NCBI GenBank assembly: GCA_045117135.1 | Contig: JBGUNA010000086.1 | Location: forward strand, 2,638 to 66,637 | Reading direction: 5' to 3' | DNA: 64,000 bases | DNA from: Candidatus Limivicinus sp. | Lineage (GTDB): Bacteria > Bacillota > Clostridia > Oscillospirales > Oscillospiraceae | In this document: positions 21,082 to 28,949 of the stretch, in pieces | How the letters are laid out: every line of letters begins with the position of its first letter | Numbering within the stretch: the stretch's first letter is position 1 | Program-made: the position numbers and the translations under genes | The notes under the pieces: model-generated | The model's input: the letters and a program-made list of their open reading frames with translations, nothing else | Databases searched by the model: none | Told to the model about the DNA's origin: nothing

Positions 21082-22035
21082 ATGGATGTTATCGAAAAAG
21101 CATTCCGATTACTTCCGGACACTATAATCATCACGGATGTGTACTGGTATGTCCTGGATTATAACCGGAAAGATCCCTTCTGCCCAATGCGAAAAGGGGA
21201 CAATCTGAATAGATATATGGCAGACTGCAAAAGCATGCCTAACGGCAGATATCCATATGACGGCAAAGTATACCAGCGCAGTACAACACCGGTATTTGAG
21301 CGCGGCATTCATGTGGGATACGTTGTCTATCTCGCTGATGTCACTGAAAAAGAGAGGCTGATTGAAAAAAGCCGCATAAAAAGTGCGGAATTGGAAGAAC
21401 TGACCGGGAAACAGGCACAGGCAAACGCGGAACTGGAAGAGTACGTTCGCCAGGCAGAGGCATTAGGTGAATATGAAGAGCAGGTTCGTATTGCACGCAG
21501 CATTCACGACGACGCCGGACACGCAATTACGATGTTGAATACCATTTCACAGATGTGCTTACAACTGAAAGATTCCGACCCTGCCCAATACCATCGCCTG
21601 ATTGAAGAAGGTATTGCACTATGCGACAGTAACGAAATAAAGAAGCGGTATAGCTCTTTTTCTGATATATCGATTAAAGAAATGCTGGGGAAGTTGAGAG
21701 ACGAAAGCGCTTTCCCCATAGAACTGAGAATTCAGGGAGAAGAACCACAATTTGCCAAACCACTCCGTAAGATTATCGAAAAAATCTGTCAGGAAGCCTA
21801 CCATAATACACTTTCACATTCCATGGCAGACAGAATTACCATCGAAGTAAACATGGAACCGACACTGTTATCACTCCGGATTTCCGATAACGGAAGCTTC
21901 CGGGGAACACTTGAAAAAGGGTTCGGGTTATGCACAATGGAGGAGTCAGTCAGAGCATCTGGAGGAACCATCTCTTTTGAAGCAGAAGAGGGAAAAGGAT
22001 TTGGAATTGTTACAGAATGGAGGGCAGAAGAGTGA
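21082..22035 (+). CDS. Cytoplasmic sensor histidine kinase (PAS-like + HisKA_3 + HATPase_c)
   Basis: The start ATG at 21082 lies 2 nt after the stop of the 7TM ORF; the track ORF begins at 21031. H-box: RIARSIHDDAGHAIT. ATPase boxes: QEAYHNTLSHS, ISDNGSF, GFGLCTMEE. No TM segment is present. Confidence 0.8.
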   Translation: MDVIEKAFRLLPDTIIITDVYWYVLDYNRKDPFCPMRKGDNLNRYMADCKSMPNGRYPYDGKVYQRSTTPVFERGIHVGYVVYLADVTEKERLIEKSRIKSAELEELTGKQAQANAELEEYVRQAEALGEYEEQVRIARSIHDDAGHAITMLNTISQMCLQLKDSDPAQYHRLIEEGIALCDSNEIKKRYSSFSDISIKEMLGKLRDESAFPIELRIQGEEPQFAKPLRKIIEKICQEAYHNTLSHSMADRITIEVNMEPTLLSLRISDNGSFRGTLEKGFGLCTMEESVRASGGTISFEAEEGKGFGIVTEWRAEE

Positions 22036-22661
22036 ACAAAAAGATCAGGATTGTCCTTGCAGATGATCATCCCATCATGACGGAAGGATTGAAACTGACG
22101 ATCAGTTCATGGGAGGAATTTGAGGTGATTGGGATCGCATCAGACGGAGAAAAAGCAGTTGAGATGAGTGTTAAGCTGCTGCCAGATCTTGTGATTACCG
22201 ATATGCAGATGCCAAAACTGTCCGGAGCTGAAATCATTAAACGTCTCAAAGAAAAAATCCCGGGTATCCGTATTTTGGCATTTACCACTTTCAGCGACGC
22301 AGAGACGGTTTCGAGAGCGGTGAAAGCAGGCTGTGACGGCTTCCTTCTAAAGGTGATCGAGCCGGAAAAACTGAGAGCATCGCTTCTTTCCATTGCGAGC
22401 GGACTGAACGTCTATGATGAAGACGTCATAAAGCAGATGAAAAAGGGCTTGAAAGAGGAGCCTGGAGTGGTTTTCAGTAAGAGAGAACAGGAGATTATTC
22501 GTTATATCTGTCAGGGAATGACGAATGCAGAGATCGCAGATAAACTGCATCTTCGCCCGGGGACCGTAAAAAATATTGTGTCACTTTTGCTCAGCAAATG
22601 CGGCTGTATCAGCCGTGCCCAACTTGTTAAATATGCCTCAGAGAAAGGGCTTATGGAATAG
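22032..22661 (+). CDS. NarL/LuxR-family response regulator (REC + LuxR HTH)
   Basis: IRIVLADDHPIM...DLVITDMQMPKLSGAE...TTFSD.. followed by the HTH SKREQEIIRYICQGMTNAEIADKLHLRPGTVKNIVSLLLSKCG. The likely GTG start at 22032 overlaps the kinase stop (GTGA). The track start is 22017. Confidence 0.88.
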   Translation: MNKKIRIVLADDHPIMTEGLKLTISSWEEFEVIGIASDGEKAVEMSVKLLPDLVITDMQMPKLSGAEIIKRLKEKIPGIRILAFTTFSDAETVSRAVKAGCDGFLLKVIEPEKLRASLLSIASGLNVYDEDVIKQMKKGLKEEPGVVFSKREQEIIRYICQGMTNAEIADKLHLRPGTVKNIVSLLLSKCGCISRAQLVKYASEKGLME

Positions 22662-22691
22662 ATTTCCTGTGTTTCAAAAAAATAGTGTAAC

Positions 22692-22726
22692 AGTGCCGAA
22701 TGGAATGACCATCGGCACTTTTTTTG
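22692..22726 (+). terminator. Intrinsic terminator after the two-component system operon
   Basis: 8-bp stem AGTGCCGA (22692-22699) / TCGGCACT (22712-22719) followed by TTTTTTT. Confidence 0.75.
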
Positions 22727-22797
22727 CGAAATGAATCGAAATATAATTACAAATACAATGTATAAAAATCCGTGAAATTCTAAAGGGGGCTGTGCAA

Positions 22798-24513
22798 ATG
22801 AAAAAACTTTTAACGTTTCTCTTGATGCTCACATTGATGGCCAGTTTTGTTGTTCCTGGCCTGGCGGATTACGGGGATGGTCTTGACGATTATCTGTATT
22901 CTACCGGGAGCAGCGGTGTCACTCTGACAAAGTATTTCGGAGAGGGTGAGAGCACACTGGTACTCCCAACCGAAGTGGAGGGGTTACCTGTAACAAGGAT
23001 CGGTGAAAAATGCTTCGAAGATCATGATGAAATTGAAGCAGTCGTACTTCCGGAGACCCTGAAGGTAATCGGCTACCGCGCCTTCTACGGGTGCTCAAAA
23101 CTTTCTGATATGAACCTTCCGGATTCTCTGGAGCAGACAGGCGGATGGGCGCTTGCCCACACAGGATTTACCAGTTTCGTGTTCCCGGAAGGGTTTGACA
23201 CTCTTGGATATGGAACTTTTTACGGCAGCAGAAATCTTGAGACGGTTGTTCTGCCGGAAGGAGTGGAGTCCATCGGTGAAAACACTTTCAGAGGCTGCTC
23301 GAAACTACAGAGCGTAACAATCCCTTCGGATGAGATCAAAATCGATATCAAGGGATTTGAGGAAAACAGCAAGGTGACCATAGTCGGTGTTCCCGGCAGC
23401 TATGCTGAAAAATATGCGAAAGCAATCGGCATCGGATTTGAAGAATACCACAAGACAGAAGAAGTTGAAAAAACCGAAGAAATGTTGCTTTCTGGATGGA
23501 TCTGCCCGAACTGCAGAAAAGAAAACAACGGTAATTTCTGCCCGTTCTGTGGGACGAAAAAACCGCCTGAAGAAATCATTTGCACTGAATGTGGGGAAGT
23601 ATATCCTCCTGATACAGACTATGCCTTCTGCCCGAACTGCGGAAATCCGCTGTTACAGCCGTCAGATTCTCCTAAATCGGCTTCTTCATTATCCAAAACA
23701 TCAGAACCAAAAACTGTATCTGATCCTACACCGGAGCTGACTCAGAAACCTACTCCGGAAACATCTGATGATGGGGCAATTCCGGAAGAACTGGTTGGTG
23801 ACTGGCAGGGTGTTGGGAAACCGAAAAATGGAGGGCCTTCTATTGATCTGACCATCCATGTGGAAGAAGACGGAACCGGCAAATATATGTTTGATCAGGC
23901 AGGATACCATGAGAGCTATCCGTTCACGCTTTCCCGGGACGGTAAACGTTTCTCAGTAGATGTTCCGGCTACCAGCCAGCTGGGCAGTGTTGACGGCACA
24001 TGGGAAGTAGAAGATGATGTGCTGAAGCTGGACATTACCTCAACGTTTACCAGCGGCGGAAGCTATTCCTACAATGCGGAATGCAAAAGGATCGTTGCAG
24101 AAGACAAAGGGAGTTCTGCAGCTGAAGGAAACCAGGCAGGTTTTGTGGGAGAATATTCCTGGCTTTCTTATCATTTGACGGTGAATTCTAAAGAAATCGT
24201 GCCAGGGACTGAATTGGATAAATCTCCTTTCAGTACGATTAAAGACAAAATGTTTGCTAAGATCCGTCTGATGGGAAAAGATGAAGAAATCCTCACAACA
24301 GATCTGCAGGACGACAATAAGATGGGTCAGTTTGTGCTTACAGATAAAGAAGGAAAAGAACTTCCACTCTATTCTGTGAGTATGTGGGGGATTACCTTCG
24401 ATGCCGACCTGGGATTCAGCACGAAGGAAACACAGGAAGGCTTTGATCTCATTTTTCTTGTCGGCGACAACGATCGAATCGAAGATTTGACACTTACTGT
24501 AAAAGATCAGTAA
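22798..24513 (+). CDS. Secreted modular protein P1: signal peptide + BspA-type LRR (LRR_5-like) + two Cys4 zinc-ribbon knuckles + C-terminal beta-rich domains
   Basis: ATG at 22798 after AAAGGGGG. Signal peptide: MKKLLTFLLMLTLMASFVVPGLA. LRR_5-like repeats: LPETLKVIGYRAFYGCSKL, LPEGVESIGENTFRGCSKLQSV. Ribbon A (23497-23565): WICPNCRKENNGNFCPFCGTKKP. Ribbon B (23581-23652): CTECGEVYPPDTDYAFCPNCGNPL. Confidence 0.75.
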   Translation: MKKLLTFLLMLTLMASFVVPGLADYGDGLDDYLYSTGSSGVTLTKYFGEGESTLVLPTEVEGLPVTRIGEKCFEDHDEIEAVVLPETLKVIGYRAFYGCSKLSDMNLPDSLEQTGGWALAHTGFTSFVFPEGFDTLGYGTFYGSRNLETVVLPEGVESIGENTFRGCSKLQSVTIPSDEIKIDIKGFEENSKVTIVGVPGSYAEKYAKAIGIGFEEYHKTEEVEKTEEMLLSGWICPNCRKENNGNFCPFCGTKKPPEEIICTECGEVYPPDTDYAFCPNCGNPLLQPSDSPKSASSLSKTSEPKTVSDPTPELTQKPTPETSDDGAIPEELVGDWQGVGKPKNGGPSIDLTIHVEEDGTGKYMFDQAGYHESYPFTLSRDGKRFSVDVPATSQLGSVDGTWEVEDDVLKLDITSTFTSGGSYSYNAECKRIVAEDKGSSAAEGNQAGFVGEYSWLSYHLTVNSKEIVPGTELDKSPFSTIKDKMFAKIRLMGKDEEILTTDLQDDNKMGQFVLTDKEGKELPLYSVSMWGITFDADLGFSTKETQEGFDLIFLVGDNDRIEDLTLTVKDQ

Positions 24514-24541
24514 ATGAGTATTTAAGGTAGGAGAACGAGCA

Positions 24542-25675
24542 ATGAAAAAACTGATTTCGATTCTATTGTGTACATTGCTACTTGTCGGGATCCTGGGAAG
24601 CTTTGCTATGGCAGAGAATGCGTATTGCTCCAACTGCGGAGAAGAATATCCCCCCGGAGAGGGTTATGCTTTTTGCCCAAACTGCGGTGAGCCTCTGTCA
24701 GGGGATAACGAGTACGACTTTATGATTCCAATGGTTACGAAAGCAACTGATGAAGAAAAATATGATGAGTTGCCGGAGGACGGAAGCTTTGACCTTACGG
24801 ACTATGTGCTGAACCAACTTGGAAATTCTCTTTATCGTGAAACTTATGAAGCACTTGCCGGAGGAGAAACTGTTTCCATGGGCGGCTGGGGCACAACGGC
24901 CAAGGGCCTGCAGCAGACGCTGATAGACTTTGGGCAAAAGCTTTCGGCCGACGGACAGGCGGGGGGAAAAACCTTTGAGGCTCTCCATGCAGTCCAGGAC
25001 GCTTTCGGCATGGAGCGCACAGACAAAGTTGACAGCGAAGCCTACTCACATCTGCTTCTGCGTCTGCTGGTGCTCAAAGAAATGGACGAGGATGAATACG
25101 GAGTGACGGACAAACTCTGCGATCTGCCCGGCGAACTGATCGACTATGATGAATGCAGCTATATGATGGCATGTGCAGATTATCTGAAAGGGAACTACTA
25201 CAAAGCAAAGGAACGGTTTGAATCCTGTTATTGGGGAGACGCGGAAGAGCGTGCGGAAAAATGCGCGCAGCCCTGGCCGTCCACCGGGCAGCTCTGGAAA
25301 GACAGCAGCCTCGGAGCAGGAACCCAGCTGACCATCACAGTGAATGGGGAGCCGGACGTCGGGATGCATGTCAAAATCTATACAGAGAGCGGAAAGCTTG
25401 CCGCAATGCTGTTTGTCGGAGGATCGGGAAGCGCTTCCACATGGCTGCCGGGAGGCACCTATACGATCAAGGACGGCACGGGAAGAGACTGGTACGGCCA
25501 GGAAGATTCCTTCGGGTATTACGGAAATTATGAAGTGATGACCTTTGACGATTACGGCACAACAGAGGTGGAACTGAAAGCGGGTTATTCTTACACGATT
25601 ACAATCAACGTGCAGAACGCTTCTCCCGATGCCTCCAATGTGGGAAGCATGTATGATTCCTATGATGACTTCTGA
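24542..25675 (+). CDS. Secreted modular protein P2: signal peptide + zinc ribbon B + peptidoglycan-binding-like helical domain + beta domain
   Basis: AGGAGAA RBS. N-terminus: MKKLISILLCTLLLVGILGSFAMA ENA YCSNCGEEYPPGEGYAFCPNCGEPL (ribbon at 24623-24697). The segment GLQQTLIDFGQKLSADGQAGGKTFEAL resembles PG_binding_1. Confidence 0.75.
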   Translation: MKKLISILLCTLLLVGILGSFAMAENAYCSNCGEEYPPGEGYAFCPNCGEPLSGDNEYDFMIPMVTKATDEEKYDELPEDGSFDLTDYVLNQLGNSLYRETYEALAGGETVSMGGWGTTAKGLQQTLIDFGQKLSADGQAGGKTFEALHAVQDAFGMERTDKVDSEAYSHLLLRLLVLKEMDEDEYGVTDKLCDLPGELIDYDECSYMMACADYLKGNYYKAKERFESCYWGDAEERAEKCAQPWPSTGQLWKDSSLGAGTQLTITVNGEPDVGMHVKIYTESGKLAAMLFVGGSGSASTWLPGGTYTIKDGTGRDWYGQEDSFGYYGNYEVMTFDDYGTTEVELKAGYSYTITINVQNASPDASNVGSMYDSYDDF

Positions 25676-25723
25676 GATATAAAACCGGAAATCAAAAAAC
25701 AAAAACAGAAAGGACAAATCAAG

Positions 25724-26443
25724 ATGAAAAAACTGATTGCACTGCTTCTCTGCACAGTTCTGCTGGCAGGGATGACGGTATGCTTCGCAGATTCTGATAC
25801 ATGGACCTGCGAGAGCTGCGGAAGAGAAAGCAGCGGGAAATTCTGCCCGTACTGCGGAGCAGCAAAACCGGAAGAGGTGATTTTCCCGGAGGCACCGGCG
25901 GGGACTTTCTCCATCCGAAACGGGATCCGCTGGGGTATGAGCGGGTATGAAGTGGAGACAAGGGAAGCAAACCCGAAAAGTGATGAGGAGAGATATTATT
26001 CCACCGAGGATGGGTATGTGATTACAAATCTCTACTATGACTCGTACGAGAAAAAAGCGAGTATATTCCCAGCCAGCATCAACTATCAGTTCTCCAGGGA
26101 TAAGCTGTTCATGGTTACATACCACGCAGAGTATGAAGGATCCTATCTGGAAAACCTTGAGATGAACACCTATCTGAAGAATGCAGTGACGACAAAATAT
26201 GGTAGCGGACATGAGGCCACATTTGGAGAGAGAGAAAAAATCAGGAATGTAATGAATGTGATAGATAATTATTTCTATGATGAGGATATCAAACAAATCA
26301 CAGTATGGGATCTCCCGGAGGACACCACAGCGGCTTTCATCGAGGGGTATTATCTGGAAGACTGCAGGCTTGTGTACTTCCACTATAGCACCATGCTGAA
26401 CGGCCTCCCGGAAGACGGTGTTTATAACACCAACGGACTGTGA
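25724..26443 (+). CDS. Secreted protein P3: signal peptide + zinc ribbon A + unknown domain
   Basis: N-terminus: MKKLIALLLCTVLLAGMTVCFA DSDT WTCESCGRESSGKFCPYCGAAKP (ribbon at 25802-25870). RBS is GAAAGGA. Confidence 0.7.
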   Translation: MKKLIALLLCTVLLAGMTVCFADSDTWTCESCGRESSGKFCPYCGAAKPEEVIFPEAPAGTFSIRNGIRWGMSGYEVETREANPKSDEERYYSTEDGYVITNLYYDSYEKKASIFPASINYQFSRDKLFMVTYHAEYEGSYLENLEMNTYLKNAVTTKYGSGHEATFGEREKIRNVMNVIDNYFYDEDIKQITVWDLPEDTTAAFIEGYYLEDCRLVYFHYSTMLNGLPEDGVYNTNGL

Positions 26444-26523
26444 TTCTCTTTGTAAAAAACTTGAACACAAACATTTTGTCACTTATAATAGGAAATACAA
26501 AATTTGAAAGGATGATCCCGATT

Positions 26524-27393
26524 ATGAAAAAACTGTTCGCATTACTCCTCGTATTCTGCATGCTGCTGTCGGTAACAGCGATTGCTGAAGCAATCGGCCC
26601 TGAGGAAGCTATTGACGCTGCCTTTGACGAGTGCCCCATTGATATTATGCTTGCAGAGGGAATCAAAGTGTCCCAGACAGGCGGAAACTGGAAAATCTCC
26701 TTCGGGTCAAAATACGGAGATTTCAGTTATGTGGTTGATGGATCGACCGGAGAAATCCTGGAAAAGAATGAGCCGGAAATCGATGAAAAGCCGGCCGATC
26801 CGGCATCAGATGCCCTTGACGCCTGCTTTGACGCCCTGGATGGATATAACGGGGGAGCAGAAAACATCAAGCTCAGCATGAAAACTATTGACGGCGATTT
26901 GAATGTCGCTGTGACATTTGACTGGAATGGCAAAGCATATGATATGCTTTACAATACTGTTACCGGAGAAGTAATTGATAATAGCGAGGAGACAGAAGAT
27001 TCTTATTATCTAATCGGCTCCAGTGAAAACACCTTTGCTGGGCTGCATAAGAGAATGTGCATCAATCTTGACCTGAAGACCAACCCAATTCCGGAACCGG
27101 ATGAGGATATGGGAACATTTGGCTCGGAAACAGTGCATGCGAAAGTGCTGAAGGATGATTCTGAATCTTACGAGTATATTGGATATTGCCGTGGATGGGA
27201 CGGAAAAGACCGTTATATATGCTGGGCCTGGACAGGATTACACGAGGATGGGTCTACCATCGGCATGCTTGTCTTCTATACGCCGGATGGGAAGTATCTC
27301 GGAAATATCCAGAGAGATCTTTCTGCAGGTACATCAACATCTTCTCACAATAGTCCATACTATGTCCCGGGCGAACCAATCAACAAGAAATAA
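26524..27393 (+). CDS. Secreted protein P4: signal peptide + PepSY-like region + shared C-terminal module X (no zinc ribbon)
   Basis: ATG at 26524 after GAAAGGA (the track ORF starts at 26440). Signal peptide: MKKLFALLLVFCMLLSVTAIAEA. The C-terminal 130 aa are a close paralog of the P5 C-terminus. Confidence 0.7.
   Translation: MKKLFALLLVFCMLLSVTAIAEAIGPEEAIDAAFDECPIDIMLAEGIKVSQTGGNWKISFGSKYGDFSYVVDGSTGEILEKNEPEIDEKPADPASDALDACFDALDGYNGGAENIKLSMKTIDGDLNVAVTFDWNGKAYDMLYNTVTGEVIDNSEETEDSYYLIGSSENTFAGLHKRMCINLDLKTNPIPEPDEDMGTFGSETVHAKVLKDDSESYEYIGYCRGWDGKDRYICWAWTGLHEDGSTIGMLVFYTPDGKYLGNIQRDLSAGTSTSSHNSPYYVPGEPINKK
27001..27390 (+). repeat. Copy 1 of the duplicated ~390-nt coding module X (C-terminus of P4)
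   Basis: SYYLIGSSENTFAGLHKRMCINLDLKTNPIPEPDE...ICWAWTGLHEDGSTIG..DGKYLGNIQRDLSAGTSTSSHNSPYYVPGEPINKK aligns without gaps, apart from one codon, to 28439-28831. Similarity is visible at the nucleotide level. Confidence 0.8.
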
Positions 27394-27418
27394 AATACTA
27401 AAACACTTCTAACACACC

Positions 27419-27447
27419 CACTCCCCTGCACATAAAACAGGGGAGTG
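27419..27447 (+). terminator. Terminator-like hairpin after P4 (weak U-tract)
   Basis: 10-bp stem CACTCCCCTG (27419-27428) / CAGGGGAGTG (27438-27447). The downstream sequence ACCTTATAT is only weakly T-rich. Confidence 0.4.
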
Positions 27448-27520
27448 ACCTTATATCCGCGATGATTCTATGGAACTGAAAGAAAAAGCTATACTGAAAA
27501 GAGAAGGAAAGGACAGAGCT

Positions 27521-28834
27521 ATGAAGAAGCTGATTGCAATCCTTTTATGCACCGTAATGCTGGCAGGTATGACAGCAAGCATCGCCATGGGGGAGAGCAG
27601 GTTTTGCCCCTATTGCGGGCAGGAATATCCTGTTGAGCAGGGTTATGCTTTCTGCCCGAATTGCGGGAAAGCGTTGCCTCAGGCTGAATCCAAACAAAGC
27701 GCAGAGACAAAAGAGCAGGTGAACAGCGAAGCTGTGGCTGTTGGGGATGTTGTGAGATTCGGCAGATACGAACAGGATAATAACCGATCCAACGGGGCCG
27801 AAGGAATCGAATGGACCGTTCTGAATATTCAGGGCAACGAGGCACTGCTGCTCAGCAAATACGGGCTGGACTGCAAAATATACTATAAATTCAAGACTTC
27901 TGTGACATGGGAGACATCTGACCTGAGGGTATGGCTGAACGGAGAATTCTTCGATTCGGCGTTTAATGCGGACGAACAGGGGAGAATCCTGACAACAAAC
28001 GTCACAGCGGACAAAAATCCCGAACACAATACCGATCCCGGCAATGACACAAAGGATAAAGTTTTCCTGCTGTCAGGCGTGGAAGTGAGCCGGTATCTGA
28101 CCGAAGAAACAGCGAAGTGCAAGGCAACGGCCTACGCATTAGCGGAAGGTGCATCTTCCGGGAAGAACGGCTATTCCTGGTGGTTCCTGCGCACACCCGG
28201 TTCAGAACAGAAAATGGTTATGATTGTAAAGACAGACGGCACGATGAATACAGGCGGCGGAGTAACCAATGGGACGGGAGCACTCGGAGTTGACCGCCCG
28301 GCAATATGGATTGATCTCAGCAACTGGGAATCCTATGAACAGCCTCCTGCACCGGCAATCCCAGCGGAAAACGTTCAGACAACTCCAATACCCGAGATAG
28401 AGACCCTTCCCGCTCCCAATGCTGAAGAAGTGACTGATTCCCCGTATGTGATCGGATCCAGTGAAAACACGTTCGCGGGTCTGCACCAGAGAATGTGCGT
28501 CAACCTTGACTTGAAGGCCAATCCGATTCCGAAACCGGATGAGAAGCTGTCAACCTACGGAACCGGTGATTATGAATACGTTAAAGTACTGAGAGATGAT
28601 AGTAAGAGCTATGAGTTCATCGGCTATGTACGCGGGGTGACAGGCGAAGACCGCTATATCATCTGGAGCTGGACAGGTCTGCATGAGGACGGATCCACCA
28701 TCAATCAGACAGTCTATTATATGCTCGATGGAAAGTACCTCGGCAATATTCAGCGTGACCGCACGGCGGGAACATCCACATCCTCCAGCCGCTGCCCGTA
28801 TTACGTCCCCGGTGAACCGATTAACAAGAAATAG
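27521..28834 (+). CDS. Secreted modular protein P5: signal peptide + zinc ribbon B + DUF6273-like domain + linker + module X
   Basis: ATG at 27521 (the track ORF starts at 27470). N-terminus: MKKLIAILLCTVMLAGMTASIAMG ESR FCPYCGQEYPVEQGYAFCPNCGKAL (ribbon at 27602-27676). DUF6273-like boxes: IEWTVLNIQGNEALLLSKY, VWLNGEFF, VFLLSGVEV, WWFLRTPG. Confidence 0.75.
   Translation: MKKLIAILLCTVMLAGMTASIAMGESRFCPYCGQEYPVEQGYAFCPNCGKALPQAESKQSAETKEQVNSEAVAVGDVVRFGRYEQDNNRSNGAEGIEWTVLNIQGNEALLLSKYGLDCKIYYKFKTSVTWETSDLRVWLNGEFFDSAFNADEQGRILTTNVTADKNPEHNTDPGNDTKDKVFLLSGVEVSRYLTEETAKCKATAYALAEGASSGKNGYSWWFLRTPGSEQKMVMIVKTDGTMNTGGGVTNGTGALGVDRPAIWIDLSNWESYEQPPAPAIPAENVQTTPIPEIETLPAPNAEEVTDSPYVIGSSENTFAGLHQRMCVNLDLKANPIPKPDEKLSTYGTGDYEYVKVLRDDSKSYEFIGYVRGVTGEDRYIIWSWTGLHEDGSTINQTVYYMLDGKYLGNIQRDRTAGTSTSSSRCPYYVPGEPINKK
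28439..28831 (+). repeat. Copy 2 of the duplicated coding module X (C-terminus of P5)
   Basis: SPYVIGSSENTFAGLHQRMCVNLDLKANPIPKPDE...IIWSWTGLHEDGSTIN..DGKYLGNIQRDRTAGTSTSSSRCPYYVPGEPINKK. It is the paralog of 27001-27390. Confidence 0.8.
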
Positions 28835-28949
28835 GAAATGAGCTAATAGTATTAATCTCATCTAGATCAAAGAAAATATGGAGATTTCCAATTTACATCA
28901 TAAAACTGAAAAAAGCTCTCAAAAGAGAAGAAAAAGAAGGGAAAATGCA

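Noticed and set aside
25046-26482. 478-aa ORF on the minus strand spanning P2/P3.
   Set aside because: It is antisense to two ORFs that have RBSs, signal peptides and conserved motifs. Its translation is Cys/His/Phe/Ile-rich with no recognisable domain, RBS or partner. It is typical of the antisense open frames common in this window.
27001-28831. Diversity-generating retroelement (template/variable repeat pair), because of the two ~390-nt near-repeats.
   Set aside because: Differences between the copies are spread over all four bases and enriched at synonymous third positions, so there is no adenine-specific pattern. No reverse transcriptase or accessory gene is present in the window.
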